Source: Octopus sinensis (lineage: Eukaryota). From it: DNA of 64,000 nt. The DNA is taken from positions 46,810,001-46,874,000 of the forward strand of contig NC_043009.1 in NCBI RefSeq assembly GCF_006345805.1, given 5' to 3'. The position numbers and the translations under genes are program-made. Every line of letters begins with the position of its first letter. The first letter of the stretch is position 1. The notes under the pieces are model-generated. The model was not told where the DNA came from, ran no database searches, and saw only the letters and a list, made by a program, of their open reading frames with translations. Below, piece by piece: positions 1-12,657 of the stretch.

Positions 1-59
1 TAATTTTATCTTTGTATATTTTCAGGAATGTAGGAAAAAATTATGATTGCAAAAGGGGA

Positions 60-650
60 TTACATCAGAGAATTTATTTAATAGTTTTGGTCCATATGAT
101 TTATGCACAATTTACATTTATGGATATTTACACTAAAATGAGGGGCCCCCGAAATAATAGACCATTCAAGGTTGGAACACCGATTTTTCCTCTTCGAGTC
201 ATATATGTATGAGGCAAGCGTAGTAGAGTTACAATATTTTGCATTCGATAAGGAATTTTTGTGGGCCCTATATTTCCTTTTAGAATTAACCATGCTCCCA
301 ATGTACACCTTATCTAAATTATTCTCCCCTTTAGCGACACGTTTATAAACCACATTTGTTTTTCAACAGTAACCAGCTAGGGGACGTAAGTTAGGGTTTC
401 TGATACTAGTATTAATAATAGTTACTCCCAAATATCAGTTCATCAGGGTCCGAGAATGCTGATGAGTGCAATAAGTTGGCATTATTACCAGTATCCTTGT
501 TAATGCTCTGAATCCCATTAACAAAGCTTACACCAAAGGAATGTCCCATATTAACTTGTCTACTTATTTTGCTTCTATTGGTGGATGCAATAATAGACGC
601 TAAGTTTGGCATTACCGAGTATGAGAACTTAATAGACGACATATTACAAA
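60..650 (-). mobile_element. Penelope-like retroelement fragment 1 (RT C-terminal region + GIY-YIG endonuclease), decayed
   Basis: ORF 412-642 gives [17 protein letters not shown] (PLE K.SYSCMPN..SII motif). ORF 78-353 gives KVYIGS...KRKYRAHKNSLSNAKYCNSTTLASYIY...LEWSII...KCKLC, a typical PLE GIY-YIG domain. Confidence 0.9.
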
Positions 651-684
651 TGGAATAGTACTTATGATTCCAAGGAAAATTATC

Positions 685-957
685 TTTGAACCGCTAAGTT
701 ACGGGGACGTAACCACACCAGCATCGGTTGTCAAGCCGGGGGACAAACACAAACCTACAAACATATACACAAACATACATATATATATATATACATATAT
801 ACGACGGACTTCTTTCTGTTTCCGTCTACCAAATCCACTCATAAGGCTTTGGTCAGCCCGAGGCTATAGCAGAAGACACTTGCCTAAATTGCCACGCAGT
901 GGGACTGAACCCAGAACCATGTGGTTCGTAAGCAAGCTACTTACCACACAGCCACTC
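685..957 (-). mobile_element. tRNA-derived SINE, family A (CORE-like; octopus OR-type)
   Basis: Minus-strand head GAGTGGCTGTGTGGTAAG...GGTTCAGTCCC (pol III A/B boxes), then the GGCAAGTGTCTTC core and CCCCGTAACTTAGCGGTTC body shared with 30139-30535. Confidence 0.9.
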
Positions 958-962
958 TTGTG

Positions 963-964
<2 letters not shown>

Positions 965-1045
<81 letters not shown>

Positions 1046-1048
1046 ATT

Positions 1049-1107
<59 letters not shown>

Positions 1108-1119
1108 TTATATATATAT

Positions 1120-1203
<84 letters not shown>

Positions 1204-1206
1204 ATT

Positions 1207-1277
<71 letters not shown>

Positions 1278-1433
1278 ATTTATATATATATATATATTTA
1301 TTATATATATATATATATATTTATTATATATATATATTTATATATATATATTTATTTATATATATATATATTTATATATATATATATTTATATATATATA
1401 TATTTATATATATATATATTATATATATATATT

Positions 1434-1489
<56 letters not shown>

Positions 1490-1535
1490 TATATATATAT
1501 ATATTTATATATATATATATTTATATATATATATT

Positions 1536-1608
<73 letters not shown>

Positions 1609-1609
1609 T

Positions 1610-1641
<32 letters not shown>
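965..1641. repeat. Long interrupted (TA)n/(TATATTTA)n microsatellite
   Basis: Directly visible; source of the poly-IY ORFs. Confidence 0.98.
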
Positions 1642-1645
<4 letters not shown>

Positions 1646-2056
1646 TAAAAGAGAGTTTGTATGTGTGTGTGCGCGTATGTTCCATATCCCTTCCAAAACC
1701 GAGTTGCCAATTTTGACGTAAGGAGTATCAAAAAATTCAGTAAGCTTTTGGCTACCAACTAAACTATATTTTCATTCACATATTTGCATTACAAAAAATT
1801 AACACTATCATTTTTCTTTTAGTTACCTAGCGTAAACGACATTTTATATCACCACCCCGATGACGATGACGTTACATTTTCTATATGAGTGTGTTCGCAC
1901 GTTCGTTACCTACGTTAGGCCGATGACTGACAAGTATATGTATGCAACGGTGTATGTATCTGACAGTATACATACAATTTTGTGACGACTGACACTCACA
2001 CATCTAATGACGGAGACAGCCAGGAACAGAGATAGGCTTCAAGTATACCTTAATGT

Positions 2057-2106
<50 letters not shown>

Positions 2107-2768
2107 GTTTATATATGTAACTTCTCCCTCCCACTAACAGTAAAATGCGCCGATATTGAAAGTTTACTTGCGGCCTGGACTTCAAACAAACAACGTTCAC
2201 TTTCAAGTGAACATGCAGATTTGGCTGATTTAACACCACTCACAATACTCGCAGATATATCTGAAAAAAAAAATGTTATTCTGGTTATTATAACAAATTC
2301 GGAAACTTGGCGAAGTAGAAAGCCTCAGCAGCTCTTTGAATATAATTACAGAAATGTTATTCCACTCCTAACCAATTTCAAGTTAATGTATTGTTAACAG
2401 TCCTTGTATTCTTCATCACTGTATCAACCTCGCATAACCTTTTTACTGCGTTACACAGTTCAAAAACAGCATCTTCCTCTTTATACACTTGGTTCAGCGT
2501 TCGCTTCAAAATTGTAAAATAAATTATTTTTGTATGAAAAATTGAATTATGCCTTTTGAATTTTCTTGGACTTTTACTTTCTTCACCATGACATTTATTC
2601 AATCGTGAATTTTATAACATTTAGTACATGTTCCAAATTAATGTTAACTTTCTGTATTTTCTTACATTGGTGACGCATACTAAATTGGTTACTTCCCATG
2701 TTTTATAGCATAACTATGCTACAGAATGTATGTTTTGCACCTATATTAACTACATTTCGTTTCGCTTG

Positions 2769-3050
2769 AACTTCGTGCCAACATATGATAAAGTAGCCAT
2801 CCTTATTGTTGGTGATCCCATTGAAAATCATAATATTCTCATTCGTGTTCAAGATAACTTTAAACGTGTTTCACAGACTCATCCCTCTTAAGATACTCTC
2901 CAGTATAATCTTATTCTGTGGAATGGACAAGATGGGTATTATTTTAATATTCCTCGGATTGAATCAGCAACAGGATAGACAATTACAAACAAAAGGGTTT
3001 CAAGTGACTTCTATTCTTACTAACTGATGTTAAGACCAGAACAATCAAAT
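2769..3050 (+). mobile_element. Helitron Rep (Helitron_like_N region) pseudogene fragment
   Basis: Hand translation from 2769: NFVPTYDKVAILIVGDPIENHNILIRVQDNFKRVSQTHPS*DTLQYNLILWNGQDGYYFNIPRIESATG*TITNKRVSSDFYSY*LMLRPEQ, matching the Helitron motif PT.DEVA..IVGD...RISETHRSYDALQYPL.FW.G.DGY...FY.YRLMIR. Three in-frame stops. Confidence 0.88.
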
Positions 3051-3170
3051 CCTTTCTACTATAGGCACAAGGCCTGAAATTTCGGGAGAGGGGACCAGTC
3101 GATGGCATCGACCCCAGTATCTCACTGACTTAATTTATTGACCCTGAAAGAATGAAAGGCAAAGTGTTGC
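3051..3170 (-). mobile_element. SINE family B 3' part (Meta/MESC-like central domain)
   Basis: Reverse complement of ACTTTGCCTTTCAT...GGGTCAATAAATT...TCGACT...AAATTTCAGGCCTTGTGCCTATAGTAGAAAGG. Confidence 0.8.
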
Positions 3171-4828
3171 ATTACGAGAGTGACGATGTGTTAATAATGA
3201 AAATAATATTTCTCCGAATTACTCACATGTGTATTATAATAAAGTAAGATGCTTATCATCTATCTACCAAATAAATTATGTTTTTGATTTAATTACTCTT
3301 TTTTACACCTAAAATAACCTCGGCAACTAGGTTGGGTTGCACAATTTTGAGGTCAATTTCGGAGAATATTTTGATTTGCTTCTAATGTATCACTTTCGTC
3401 CGATGTTTCACACTTGCGTAGAATTCTACTCAGGCAAACATTTATGAAAATGGGCACATAAATATTGTATTAAATTAAACCACAACCAAAACAAAATGCA
3501 TTAAAGACATCCATTTTTCTATATGTTATGAGGAAATACAGCCTCACGCTCTCTCTCCCTCTCTGTCTCACGCACAGAAAAGATGTATGTATATGTATTT
3601 ATGGGCGAAGGTCAAGAATACGCACTCTGAGTGTTTAGGGTTACTGTTACGCTGAAAACGGGTGGAGTGCATATCCTTTATCTCCGCCAATTTATGTACG
3701 TGTATTTGAAGGATAATGTGTGTGTGTGAGAGAGAGAGAGAGAGCGAGTGAGTGCCACTTGCATATACATGCAAAAAATTTCATACATCACAACACACAT
3801 CTTCACTCAATCACTCACTCTTTCTTTCTCTCTCTCTCTCTCTCTCACACACACACTTCCATTTCATATACACGTACCTATTACATTTTCTCCTCTCTTT
3901 TACTTTCTTCTCTCCCTTCAAAGCAAATATCGCCTTTTCACTTTCTCCTCTCCTTCAATTTCTGTTCTCTTCAAAGCATACAGAAATTAAAACAATTTTA
4001 CGGAAATTAACAAGCAATCATCCCATATATGTCGAGTTGATAACTTCGCTTCTTCAAATGAAAGAATGCCATAAAATAACTTCCTGTGACACACACACAT
4101 GCATACATACACTCTAGGTAAAACTTCTGTGCGAATTATGTTAATTCTTGCAGTGTGCATGTGCAAATTCACAGCTCAAACCCAATTGAAAAGATCTTTT
4201 TGCATTGTGTAATTTGTGTTTGTGATGTGCGTATTTAATAAACTGATCTTCGATATAAATTTAAAAGGAACTTTTCCAAGAAATCCTGTCCTTTATCTCT
4301 TCTTTCTAGCATGTCCGATGTCACATTTCCGTCTCCCACCCACCTTATTTTTTTCCAAAATTTCTTCCGATTCCTATGTTTGAGATACAGGAGATTATAA
4401 TTTCACCTACAAAACACGTTTTCAATGTTTTTCTCCCTCTCCACACCAAATTAATTTTTTTTACTTTTTTCAAAATTTTATTCTTTATAATCCATGGAGA
4501 AAAAACAGAGAGTATAAATCTTTTAGAATTTTACCCATCACCTCACCACTTTCAAAAATCTACACATTTCCAATGTTTCACTTTTAGCATTTTGGAAGGC
4601 AGGGAAGTTTCTTCAGAAATAATGTCGTTACCTGGTGTTTCTAGCATGTCGGGTTTTCAGATAGTGGTCTGGTACGTTTTAAGTCTACTTTTTCAGTAGA
4701 ATTCTACGCATGCGGGAAACATCAGACAAAAGTGCAAGATTGGGAGATTTTAGCTTTTTGAAAGCTGGTACTGATGGGTGTGTGAGGTGGGGGAAGGGGC
4801 ATTGAGTGTTTCTTTAAGAAAAATTAAA

Positions 4829-4880
<52 letters not shown>

Positions 4881-5145
4881 TTCCCAGATTCGTATTAACC
4901 CACTTTTATATAATGAATCAATACATAGTTTCTGATCTTATCTTTGGAACAGAAATCACTTTCATGCAAACCCATGCAAATTGTACCCTCCCCTTTCACT
5001 ATTAAACACAAAATAATTTCCATTATTCCATTAACTATATATCAGCTGTGCTGATTCTGCTCATAAGAAAGGAGTAAATAATACAATGTGCTTGTAGGTC
5101 ATAATACCTGGGCAAAGCTGAAATGCATTGCTAGTGTATATATAA

Positions 5146-5202
<57 letters not shown>

Positions 5203-5414
5203 TGTATTAGCATCATTTATCGATGTGAAATTTTTCAGAAATGATTGTTTAACTACTTATTAATTAATCATTGAAATTATTTCCGAAAAGTGAGTTAATT
5301 ATTTCTAAATCTGTCTCAGCGCAATCGAGTCTTCAGACATAATTACCTAACATAAGACTTAGTTTCGCAAAATAAGAATATTTAAATGTAAAAGCTTATA
5401 TTTCTCTGTCTATG

Positions 5415-5540
5415 TCGGTGCTCTGGCATGAGAGCAGTCAAATGACTGGAAAAAACAAAAGAATAAAAGAGTATCTATCTATATATCTTTATCTTTATCT
5501 TTTTATCTTTTACTTGTTTCAGTCATTAGACTGCGGCCAT
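5415..5540. repeat. Two SINE family A 3' tails in opposite orientation
   Basis: GCAGTCAAATGACTGGAAAAAACAAAAGAATAAAAGA (+) followed by TCTTTTACTTGTTTCAGTCATTAGACTGCGGCCAT (-). Confidence 0.7.
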
Positions 5541-7201
5541 ATCTACATATCTTTTATTCTTCCTCCCAACTTAGTTTTCCTTTACATTCTCAATATTCTT
5601 TCTCTCTTTACACAAATACACGCTCCAACACACACACAAACACACACACACACACACATTTACTCATACGCAAACACTTGTTCTTAAATCATTGGTCAGA
5701 CTTAACAATACTTTAGCTCTTCCATTTGTCAGATAAATACTAAAACTTAAGTGAGATCTAACAGAACCAAAGGTCCTACACCATTCCAATCTTCCTAAAC
5801 CCCATAAAATGTGAACCAACGAGGAGGCAATTATGTGGTCGTTTGACCTGCTAAAATGTCAGCCAAACCCGCATCAACATAATCGCGACAGTTTGAAAAT
5901 ATATGGAGCGTAATTGATAATGTAATCATAGATGCACTACACCTGTAAAAAAGGATAGATCAGAAATTTGTTTAGCTAACCAAGTGTAAAATCATATTAA
6001 CATTGAGAAATTCATTTTACACCATTCTGGAGCCTGTTGTTCCATTGGCGCTTTATAGTCTCCTCTTCAATATTTACGGCATTCTTGCTGAAGTCTGGTA
6101 TTTATTCTATTGGTCTCTTTTTTACGGGATCGCTAAATCACGGGGAATTAAACAAACCGACACCTATTGACAGAAGTGCTGTGGTGAAACACAAGCACAA
6201 AACACATGCATACGCACATGCATACGCACATGCACACGCGCGCGCACGCACACACACACACACACACATACACACACGCACACACACACACATATATAGA
6301 ATGTAGATTTTTTCATTCGCAAAATATGCATTTTTAAAAGGAAGTTTTAAAAATCTGAAAATCGGCTATAATAATGTAGCCTTCCAATCTCATTACTATG
6401 AGGGTATGATGTTGTGGAGAAAAAAAAAATGGAGGAAAAAGTTACAGAGATTTAAAAATTTGAAAAATTGTGTATTTGTATCCAATAGCGAGACAGAAAG
6501 TTTCTGTGTTTAGTGGAGTGGTGTCAACTTTAATGTTGTACCCAGTGAAATTTATAGTTTAGCATCCGTGACATCACCTGTTCATTGTAGGTTTCTAAAT
6601 AAACAGAAATACCTAATAAAATCAACATGCATCATCTTACTGTTTCTTTTATCTCTTCAGTGATTGTATGTTTTTATTATTTTTTGAAATTTGTTATATT
6701 AATATATTTGCATGTGTTTGCTTAATGTGTATTTCAGTTTTATGTATACAGTTTTATGTATACAGTTTTATGTATTTCAGTTTTATGAGGGAAATAAATT
6801 AAAATAATTTATTACCAGTGGTTAGCAAGCATAAATAAAAGTCATAAGACATAACATAGTTTTAAGGAACATTGTCAATGGCCTACTGTGTATAAAAATA
6901 TTTTATACACTTTTATATATATATATATATATGTATATATGTGCATGTATATATATATGTATATGTATATATATACATATATGTATATACACACAGACAT
7001 TCACATACACGCATGCACACATTTAGAAAACACGCACACACGCACACATAGATACATAGTAACACGCACACTTGCGCGCATATACACTATCCATACATAC
7101 GCATATATACACGTTGTAGTTCATATACAGACACAAGCATGAACGTACGACTGACGTAAATACATGCACACATGCGCCCACTTGTGGGTACACACACATA
7201 A

Positions 7202-7258
<57 letters not shown>

Positions 7259-7480
7259 CAAACATACACATAGACATATACACACAGACATATATGCATA
7301 CATACATACATATGAATACTTATACTCATATGTGCGCGTTTGCATATGCTCCCAAACATATATATCTACATATACACAATTATACATAGATACATACATA
7401 CACATATTCACACTCAAATACACATATATGATATCTATGCGGTTGTAATATTATTTGTGTGTTAGTAAAGGGAGGGTTGG

Positions 7481-7675
7481 AAAGCAGTGATCTGGCAGAA
7501 TCGTTAACACGGCAGGCGATATGCTTATCAGTACTTCGTCGCTCTTTACGTTCTGAGTTCAAATTCCACTGAGGTCGACTTTGACTTTCATCCTTTCGGG
7601 ATCGATAAATTAAGTACCAGTTGAGTACTAGCATCGCTATAATCGACTATCCCCCTCCTCTAAATTACAGGCCTG
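7481..7675 (+). mobile_element. SINE family B, full length, diverged
   Basis: CTGGCAGAATCGTTAACACG head, GAGTTCAAATTCC B-box, GAGGTCGACTTTG.CTTTCATCCTTTCGGG.TCGATAAATTAAGTACCAG domain. Confidence 0.9.
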
Positions 7676-9319
7676 AAATTTGTAGGAGGGGAATAGTCGG
7701 TTTTCTCCGGGCGGTTTTCTGATAGCCACTTGATAATATTTTCACATTTGATTCCCAATTCTAATAATTTTTATAATATTTTACGTCTAATTATTTCTTT
7801 GTATGATACTGTGCATTTGCTTAGTAAATATTGCTTTCATTATTTTATCAGTCATAATCACTCTCTTTTAAATAAACATAACGGTAGTCCAACTACAGAG
7901 GGAGAAGTAATTTGTCAAGTTTTACTTTCCTCTCAAAGCAAAATAGAGATTACAATTCAGCAGCTCATTTGTAAGCTTTGCAGTGTGAGTATGTGAGTGT
8001 GCGTGTGTATGTGTGTGTTTGTGTGTGTGTCTGTGTGTGTGTCTGTGTGTGTGAGAGAGTGAGAGAGAGAAAGAACATTGCAAACAATGAATGAAACACA
8101 CGTGAAATGAAAAAATCGTATAAATGAAAGAGTTTTCCTACAGATGTATATCATTCTGACTTTGTTGCCTCATAACATCCAGGAAAATGAATTCTTTTTA
8201 AACAAAAGTTTCTACAAATACCGCTTAGATGTTGTGGCTTCAGTGTATATAAGGAGTTATAAGAAAGAACATCTCTAGAGGAAGTGGAGAGAGGAATTTT
8301 GGAATATTCACATGATTTGAATTTTTTTCCGCATACTTTCACAAAAATGGGTATCTTTTAATGAAACTTTACACAAATCCCTTTCAAACGGTATAGAGTA
8401 CGATTTTAAAGAAATTTAAAGGGTAACTTTTTCGGGGATTTTCCCCATTTTTTCAAACCACAGCCTTCGAAATGATGGTGTTGGTGCGGGGAGGAAACCT
8501 TCGTATGAAAAAAAATCTTGAGAACATTTTTTACACCCTCTCATCATCCCACTCCGGATCTATTTTTGTTGATATTTTTTCTTCACTTCAAAACCATTAG
8601 AAGAACATTTTTGGGAAAAAAAATTTAACTTGTTAATATTTTCAGAGGGAAAGTGAATGACTTAAGGACAATGTGGATGTTGTTTCTAGCACATCTAAAG
8701 ACAACGCTCTTCGTTTCTTTATCACTCTCGCATGTATTGATGTTTCCCAAGATTTTTTTCTCCATAAATACATTTATGTGCTATAAAAAAGAAAATTTGA
8801 GAAAATATGAATTTTTTTGCAACCCCACTCTCTGCCCGGATTGTTTCTGTTTAGAAATTAAAATATTGGAGAGCCTGAGAAGATCATTGCTGGCATTTAT
8901 CCACAGTGATTTTTAAAAATTACGGAGATGTACTTGCATAGCAAGCGACTTGATCTAAAATCGTGTACTGAAACAAATCAATTGCAGCGTGGAATATGTT
9001 TGTAAGCTATTCAAGAACACAGAAAAACAATTTGTTTCACTTCAACATTTAAATTTTCGTCGCTTTGAAACTGCGACCTATTCACCGGAAAAACTTCACA
9101 AAAGTGATGCAGCACGAAGTTTTGTCAGTGAACAGGTCGCGGTTTCAAAGCGACGGGCGTGGTAAAAGATTAGAGTACAATTTAGTTTGCTCTTCTTCTT
9201 TCACCAATGGAACACGCGTGTGTTATTTCGGTATCATCATTCCATTTTAATTTTGTTTTCGTAATGTTCCAGTTGATTTAGTGTTTGGAGTGTTCTTGAC
9301 GTTTATTGCCCGTTTTGTT

Positions 9320-10560
9320 GTTTATTCCACCCCATTTTTTGTTTGGTTCCTATTACAACTGCCGAGGTCGCTATTTTTGTTGTTGTGATCCCTATTGTTT
9401 TTATTTTTGTTATTGTTCCTATACCCTGAGTTGTTTTGTTCTGTTTCTTCCGTGCTTGTGCTCGTTGTACTATTGTATTTGTGTATGTGGTACTCCATGT
9501 TGTTGGATATGGCGTACGATACTTCCACTGTGTGCTTCCTGAAGATACGATGATATTTATGGAAGCACCTATTTTAATGCAGCAAGCAATTCCTTACCCA
9601 TTTTCGATGATATTTGCAATCCGAAAATTGGATTGTACCATAAAAGCTCGGAATTTTTGTACTTTTTGTTTGGTTCTTTTAACATTTTATGTGTTGTTGT
9701 TATTTTATGCGTCATTGTTGCTATTATTGTTATTCTTTTTGGTTTTGGTTTTTTCCCTACTTTCCCCTTCTCTCTTGGGTTTGTGTATCTCTATTATGTG
9801 TTTGTTATTGCTTTTCATATTACGTGGTACTCCATGTTCTTGGATGTGGCGTACGATACTTCCACTGTGTGCTTCCTGAAGATACGATGATATTTATGGA
9901 AGCACCTATTTTAATGCAGCAAGCAATTCCTTACCCATTTTCGATGATATTTGCAATCCGAAAATTGGGTTGTACCATAAAACCTCGGAATTTTTGTACT
10001 TTTTGTTTGGTTCTTTTAACATATTTTATGTGTTGTTGTTATTTTATGCGTCATTGTTGCTATTATTGTTATTCTTTTTGGTTTTGGTTTTTTCCCTACT
10101 TTTCCCTTCTCTCTTGGGTTTGTGTATCTCTATTATGGGTTTGTTATTGCTTTTCATATTACGTGTATTTTCTACTTTAGGTGTGTGAGTATTACTTTTA
10201 TTTAGCGGTTCGCCAGGTGTTAATTTGATTCTTTTCCTTATGCCCAAACCTATCTAGTGCTTCATTGTAGCAAGGGGCATGTATGGTTATAGATAAGCCG
10301 AATTTTTTTAATAATCTGTGTAGTTTTTTTATTTTATAACTCTCTATTTCTCTATTTCTACCTTAGTACAATTATCTATTATGAATAAGGCATCATATAG
10401 ACGCCCCCCCCCCCACTCACACACTATTTGTTGGAATGAGGATTTGATGTGGAATAAGTTGTAAATTCCTACGATATCCGTGACCTGAGCTCTAACCTAT
10501 TGGTATAGCGAAGGAATTCGTTTTATCTGATCCCGTCCATAGTTTGTTGTCATAATTAAT
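9320..10560 (-). mobile_element. Penelope-like retroelement fragment 2 (RT), with internal tandem duplication
   Basis: Minus-strand translation across frameshifts: FAIPIG..AQVTDIVGIYNL, LYDDALFII, IKKFGLSITI, LWYNPIF..SKMGKELL, RCFHKYHRIFRKHTVEVSYAISNNME. These match PLE RT motifs MGSYDGAEVC.LVG, LYRDD, WFNPP..IGK, KIF.R.TVKVSY..MPNM. Confidence 0.82.
9487..10165. repeat. Tandem duplication, two copies of ~337-341 bp
   Basis: GTGGTACTCCATG starts at 9487 and again at 9824; the copies are highly similar through CTTTTCATATTACGTG. Confidence 0.95.
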
Positions 10561-10619
10561 AACAGCTTCTGGAAACTCTAGTTGAACGAATCTTTTATCT
10601 ACCCTAATTATTTTGCATA

Positions 10620-10831
10620 TACAATGCGTTGGTGCTGAAAAGTTCCTGTAAAAAATACAAGAGGATCAGTTACTTATGATTTTATTCAACACATTCTCCT
10701 CTCAGATTTACACACCTATTGCAGCAGCCCTTAAGTTTTGTAAGCACTGTAAAAGAACTCGGCAAGTTGAACCTCCAACCAGGCCTTTCGCGATACCCTT
10801 AGCGCCAGCAAATTTTCAACAGCCTCTCGTG
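10620..10831 (-). mobile_element. Mariner-derived MITE (internally deleted)
   Basis: Degenerate TIRs (GGTGCTGAAAAGTTCCTG ... CCAGCAAATTTTCAACAGCCTCTCGT). The minus strand encodes LTKLKGCCNRCVNLRGECVE*, a mariner transposase C-terminus. Confidence 0.8.
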
Positions 10832-11467
10832 TTAGAAGCTTTGTTATATAGAGGGTACTTACCAGAAACAGGTCACTAAAGGGACATTTCAACCTTACTT
10901 TCTGTCTGAGACATGTCTCAGGAGGGTTAATGTCTGCAAATATTCTTCTTATAAGAAGTATCTATATACTGTTGTCATTTGACCGTTTGTCAAAAATGAT
11001 AAATCACAGAAACTGTTCAGAGATTTGAACCGTGTGAAAAACAGCTGTCAAGTTAGCATCATTAGGCTTGATGAAATGAGTGAAATTTGTTTTTTGTACG
11101 CACCTGACGCATGTGTCACGCTTAAGAGAAAAAATTGTTGAAAGAAATTTTGTTGCTTACATAAAATTTTTTAGCTTTATCTCTTGTAATTTCTGACTGA
11201 GATTTGAAACCACTATTTATGAGTTGTATTACTACTTCTTAACATCCTTGCCTACTTGGCCACCGAAGGAACAACGATCTTAAAGAGAAATTTTGACGCT
11301 CGTGTCGAACAAGGGAGAGAGGATGTGAGAGAGAAAAAGAGAGTGAGATGGAGTGGCTGATAGGTATTTGAATGCCTTTCTACGATTGAACTAAAATTGA
11401 CCCCTGGCTATTAAAATCCTAACACACACACATACATACACCACTACCACCACTACCACCACCACCA

Positions 11468-11650
11468 TTGCTTGACAACCGATGGTGGTGTGTTTCCGTC
11501 CATTAACTTAGCTGTTCAGCTGAAGAGACTGATAGAATAAGCACCAGGCTTACGGGGAATATGTCCAGGGGTCAATTTCTTCGACTAAAGGATGGTGCTC
11601 TAACATGGCCACCAATCAAATGACTGAAACAAATAAAAGAATAAAAGAAT
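11468..11650 (+). mobile_element. SINE family A 3' half
   Basis: GCTTGACAACCGATGGTGGTGTGTTT...GATAGAATAAG...CAAATGACTGAAACAAATAAAAGAATAAAAGA. Confidence 0.85.
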
Positions 11651-11818
11651 ACGAGAAAAACGTTTCCTACTCCTAAACCAGGAGGGTTCTCTGAATATGT
11701 AGGATGTATTTTAAGGCAAAGCAGTTCTGTTTACGATTGTTAACGGATATTTTAGGTGGATTACATAATTATTGGTTTTACACTTTCTATATTCTGTAAC
11801 TGTCGCAACATACTTTTC

Positions 11819-12015
11819 TGGCGGCAAGCTGGCAGAATCGTTAGCACGCCGGGCGAAATGCTCAGCAGTATTTCGTCTGCCGTTACGTTCTGAGTTCAAA
11901 TTCCATCGATTACATAAGTACTAGTTACGCACTGGGATCGGTGTAATCGACTTAATCCCTTTGTCCTTGTTTGTCCCCTCTATGTTTAGCCTCCTGTGGG
12001 CAATAAAGAAATAGG
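11819..12015 (+). mobile_element. SINE family B with internal deletion
   Basis: GGCGGCAAGCTGGCAGAATCGTTAGCACGCCGGGCG head; the central domain is largely deleted; tail GTCCCCTCTATGTTTAGCC...AAAGAAATA. Confidence 0.88.
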
Positions 12016-12019
12016 TATA

Positions 12020-12657
12020 CTTTTCTAATATAGGCACAAGTCCTGAAATTTTGAGGGGATGGGGCCAGTCGATTAGATCGATCCCAGTATGCAACTGGTA
12101 CTTAATTTATCGACCCCGATATGATGAAAGGCAAAGTCAACCTCGGCAGAATTTGAACTCAGAACGTAAAGACAGATGAAATACCTATTTCTTTATTACC
12201 CACAAGGGGCTAAACACAGAGGGGACAAACAAGGACAGACATAGGTATTAAGTCGATTACATCGACCCCAGTGCGTAACTGGTACTTAATTTATCGACCC
12301 CGAAAGGATGAAAGGCAAAGTCGACCTCGGCGGAATTTGAACTCACAACGTAACGCAGACGAAATACCGCTAAGCATTTTGCCTGGCGTGCTATCGATTC
12401 TGCCAGCTCGCCGCCTGTCACAATATATATTTCTTTACTACCCACAAGGGGCTAAACATAGAGGGGACAAACAAGGACAGACAAAGGGATTAAGTCGATT
12501 ACATCGACCCAGTGCGAAACTGGTACTTTATTTATCGACCCCGAGAGGATGAAAGGCAAAGTCGACCTCGGCGGAATTTGAACTCAGAACGTAACGACAG
12601 ACGAAATACCGCTAAGCATTTCGCCCGGCGCGCTAACGTTTCTGCCAGCTCGCCGCC
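12020..12657 (-). mobile_element. Three consecutive SINE family B units (truncated 12020-12185; full 12186-12415; full 12428-12657)
   Basis: Direct sequence comparison; TGTCACAATATA at 12416-12427 and 12658-12669 flanks the last copy. Confidence 0.95.

Noticed and set aside
664-1721. 350-aa and 266-aa ORFs
   Set aside because: Translations of a SINE plus (TA)n microsatellite. The same applies to all poly-IY, YLSI, HT/CV, HTYI and poly-I/L/T ORFs.
2100-2602. ORFs 2053-2397 and 2378-2602, possible DNA-transposase relic
   Set aside because: No motif I can name in any frame.
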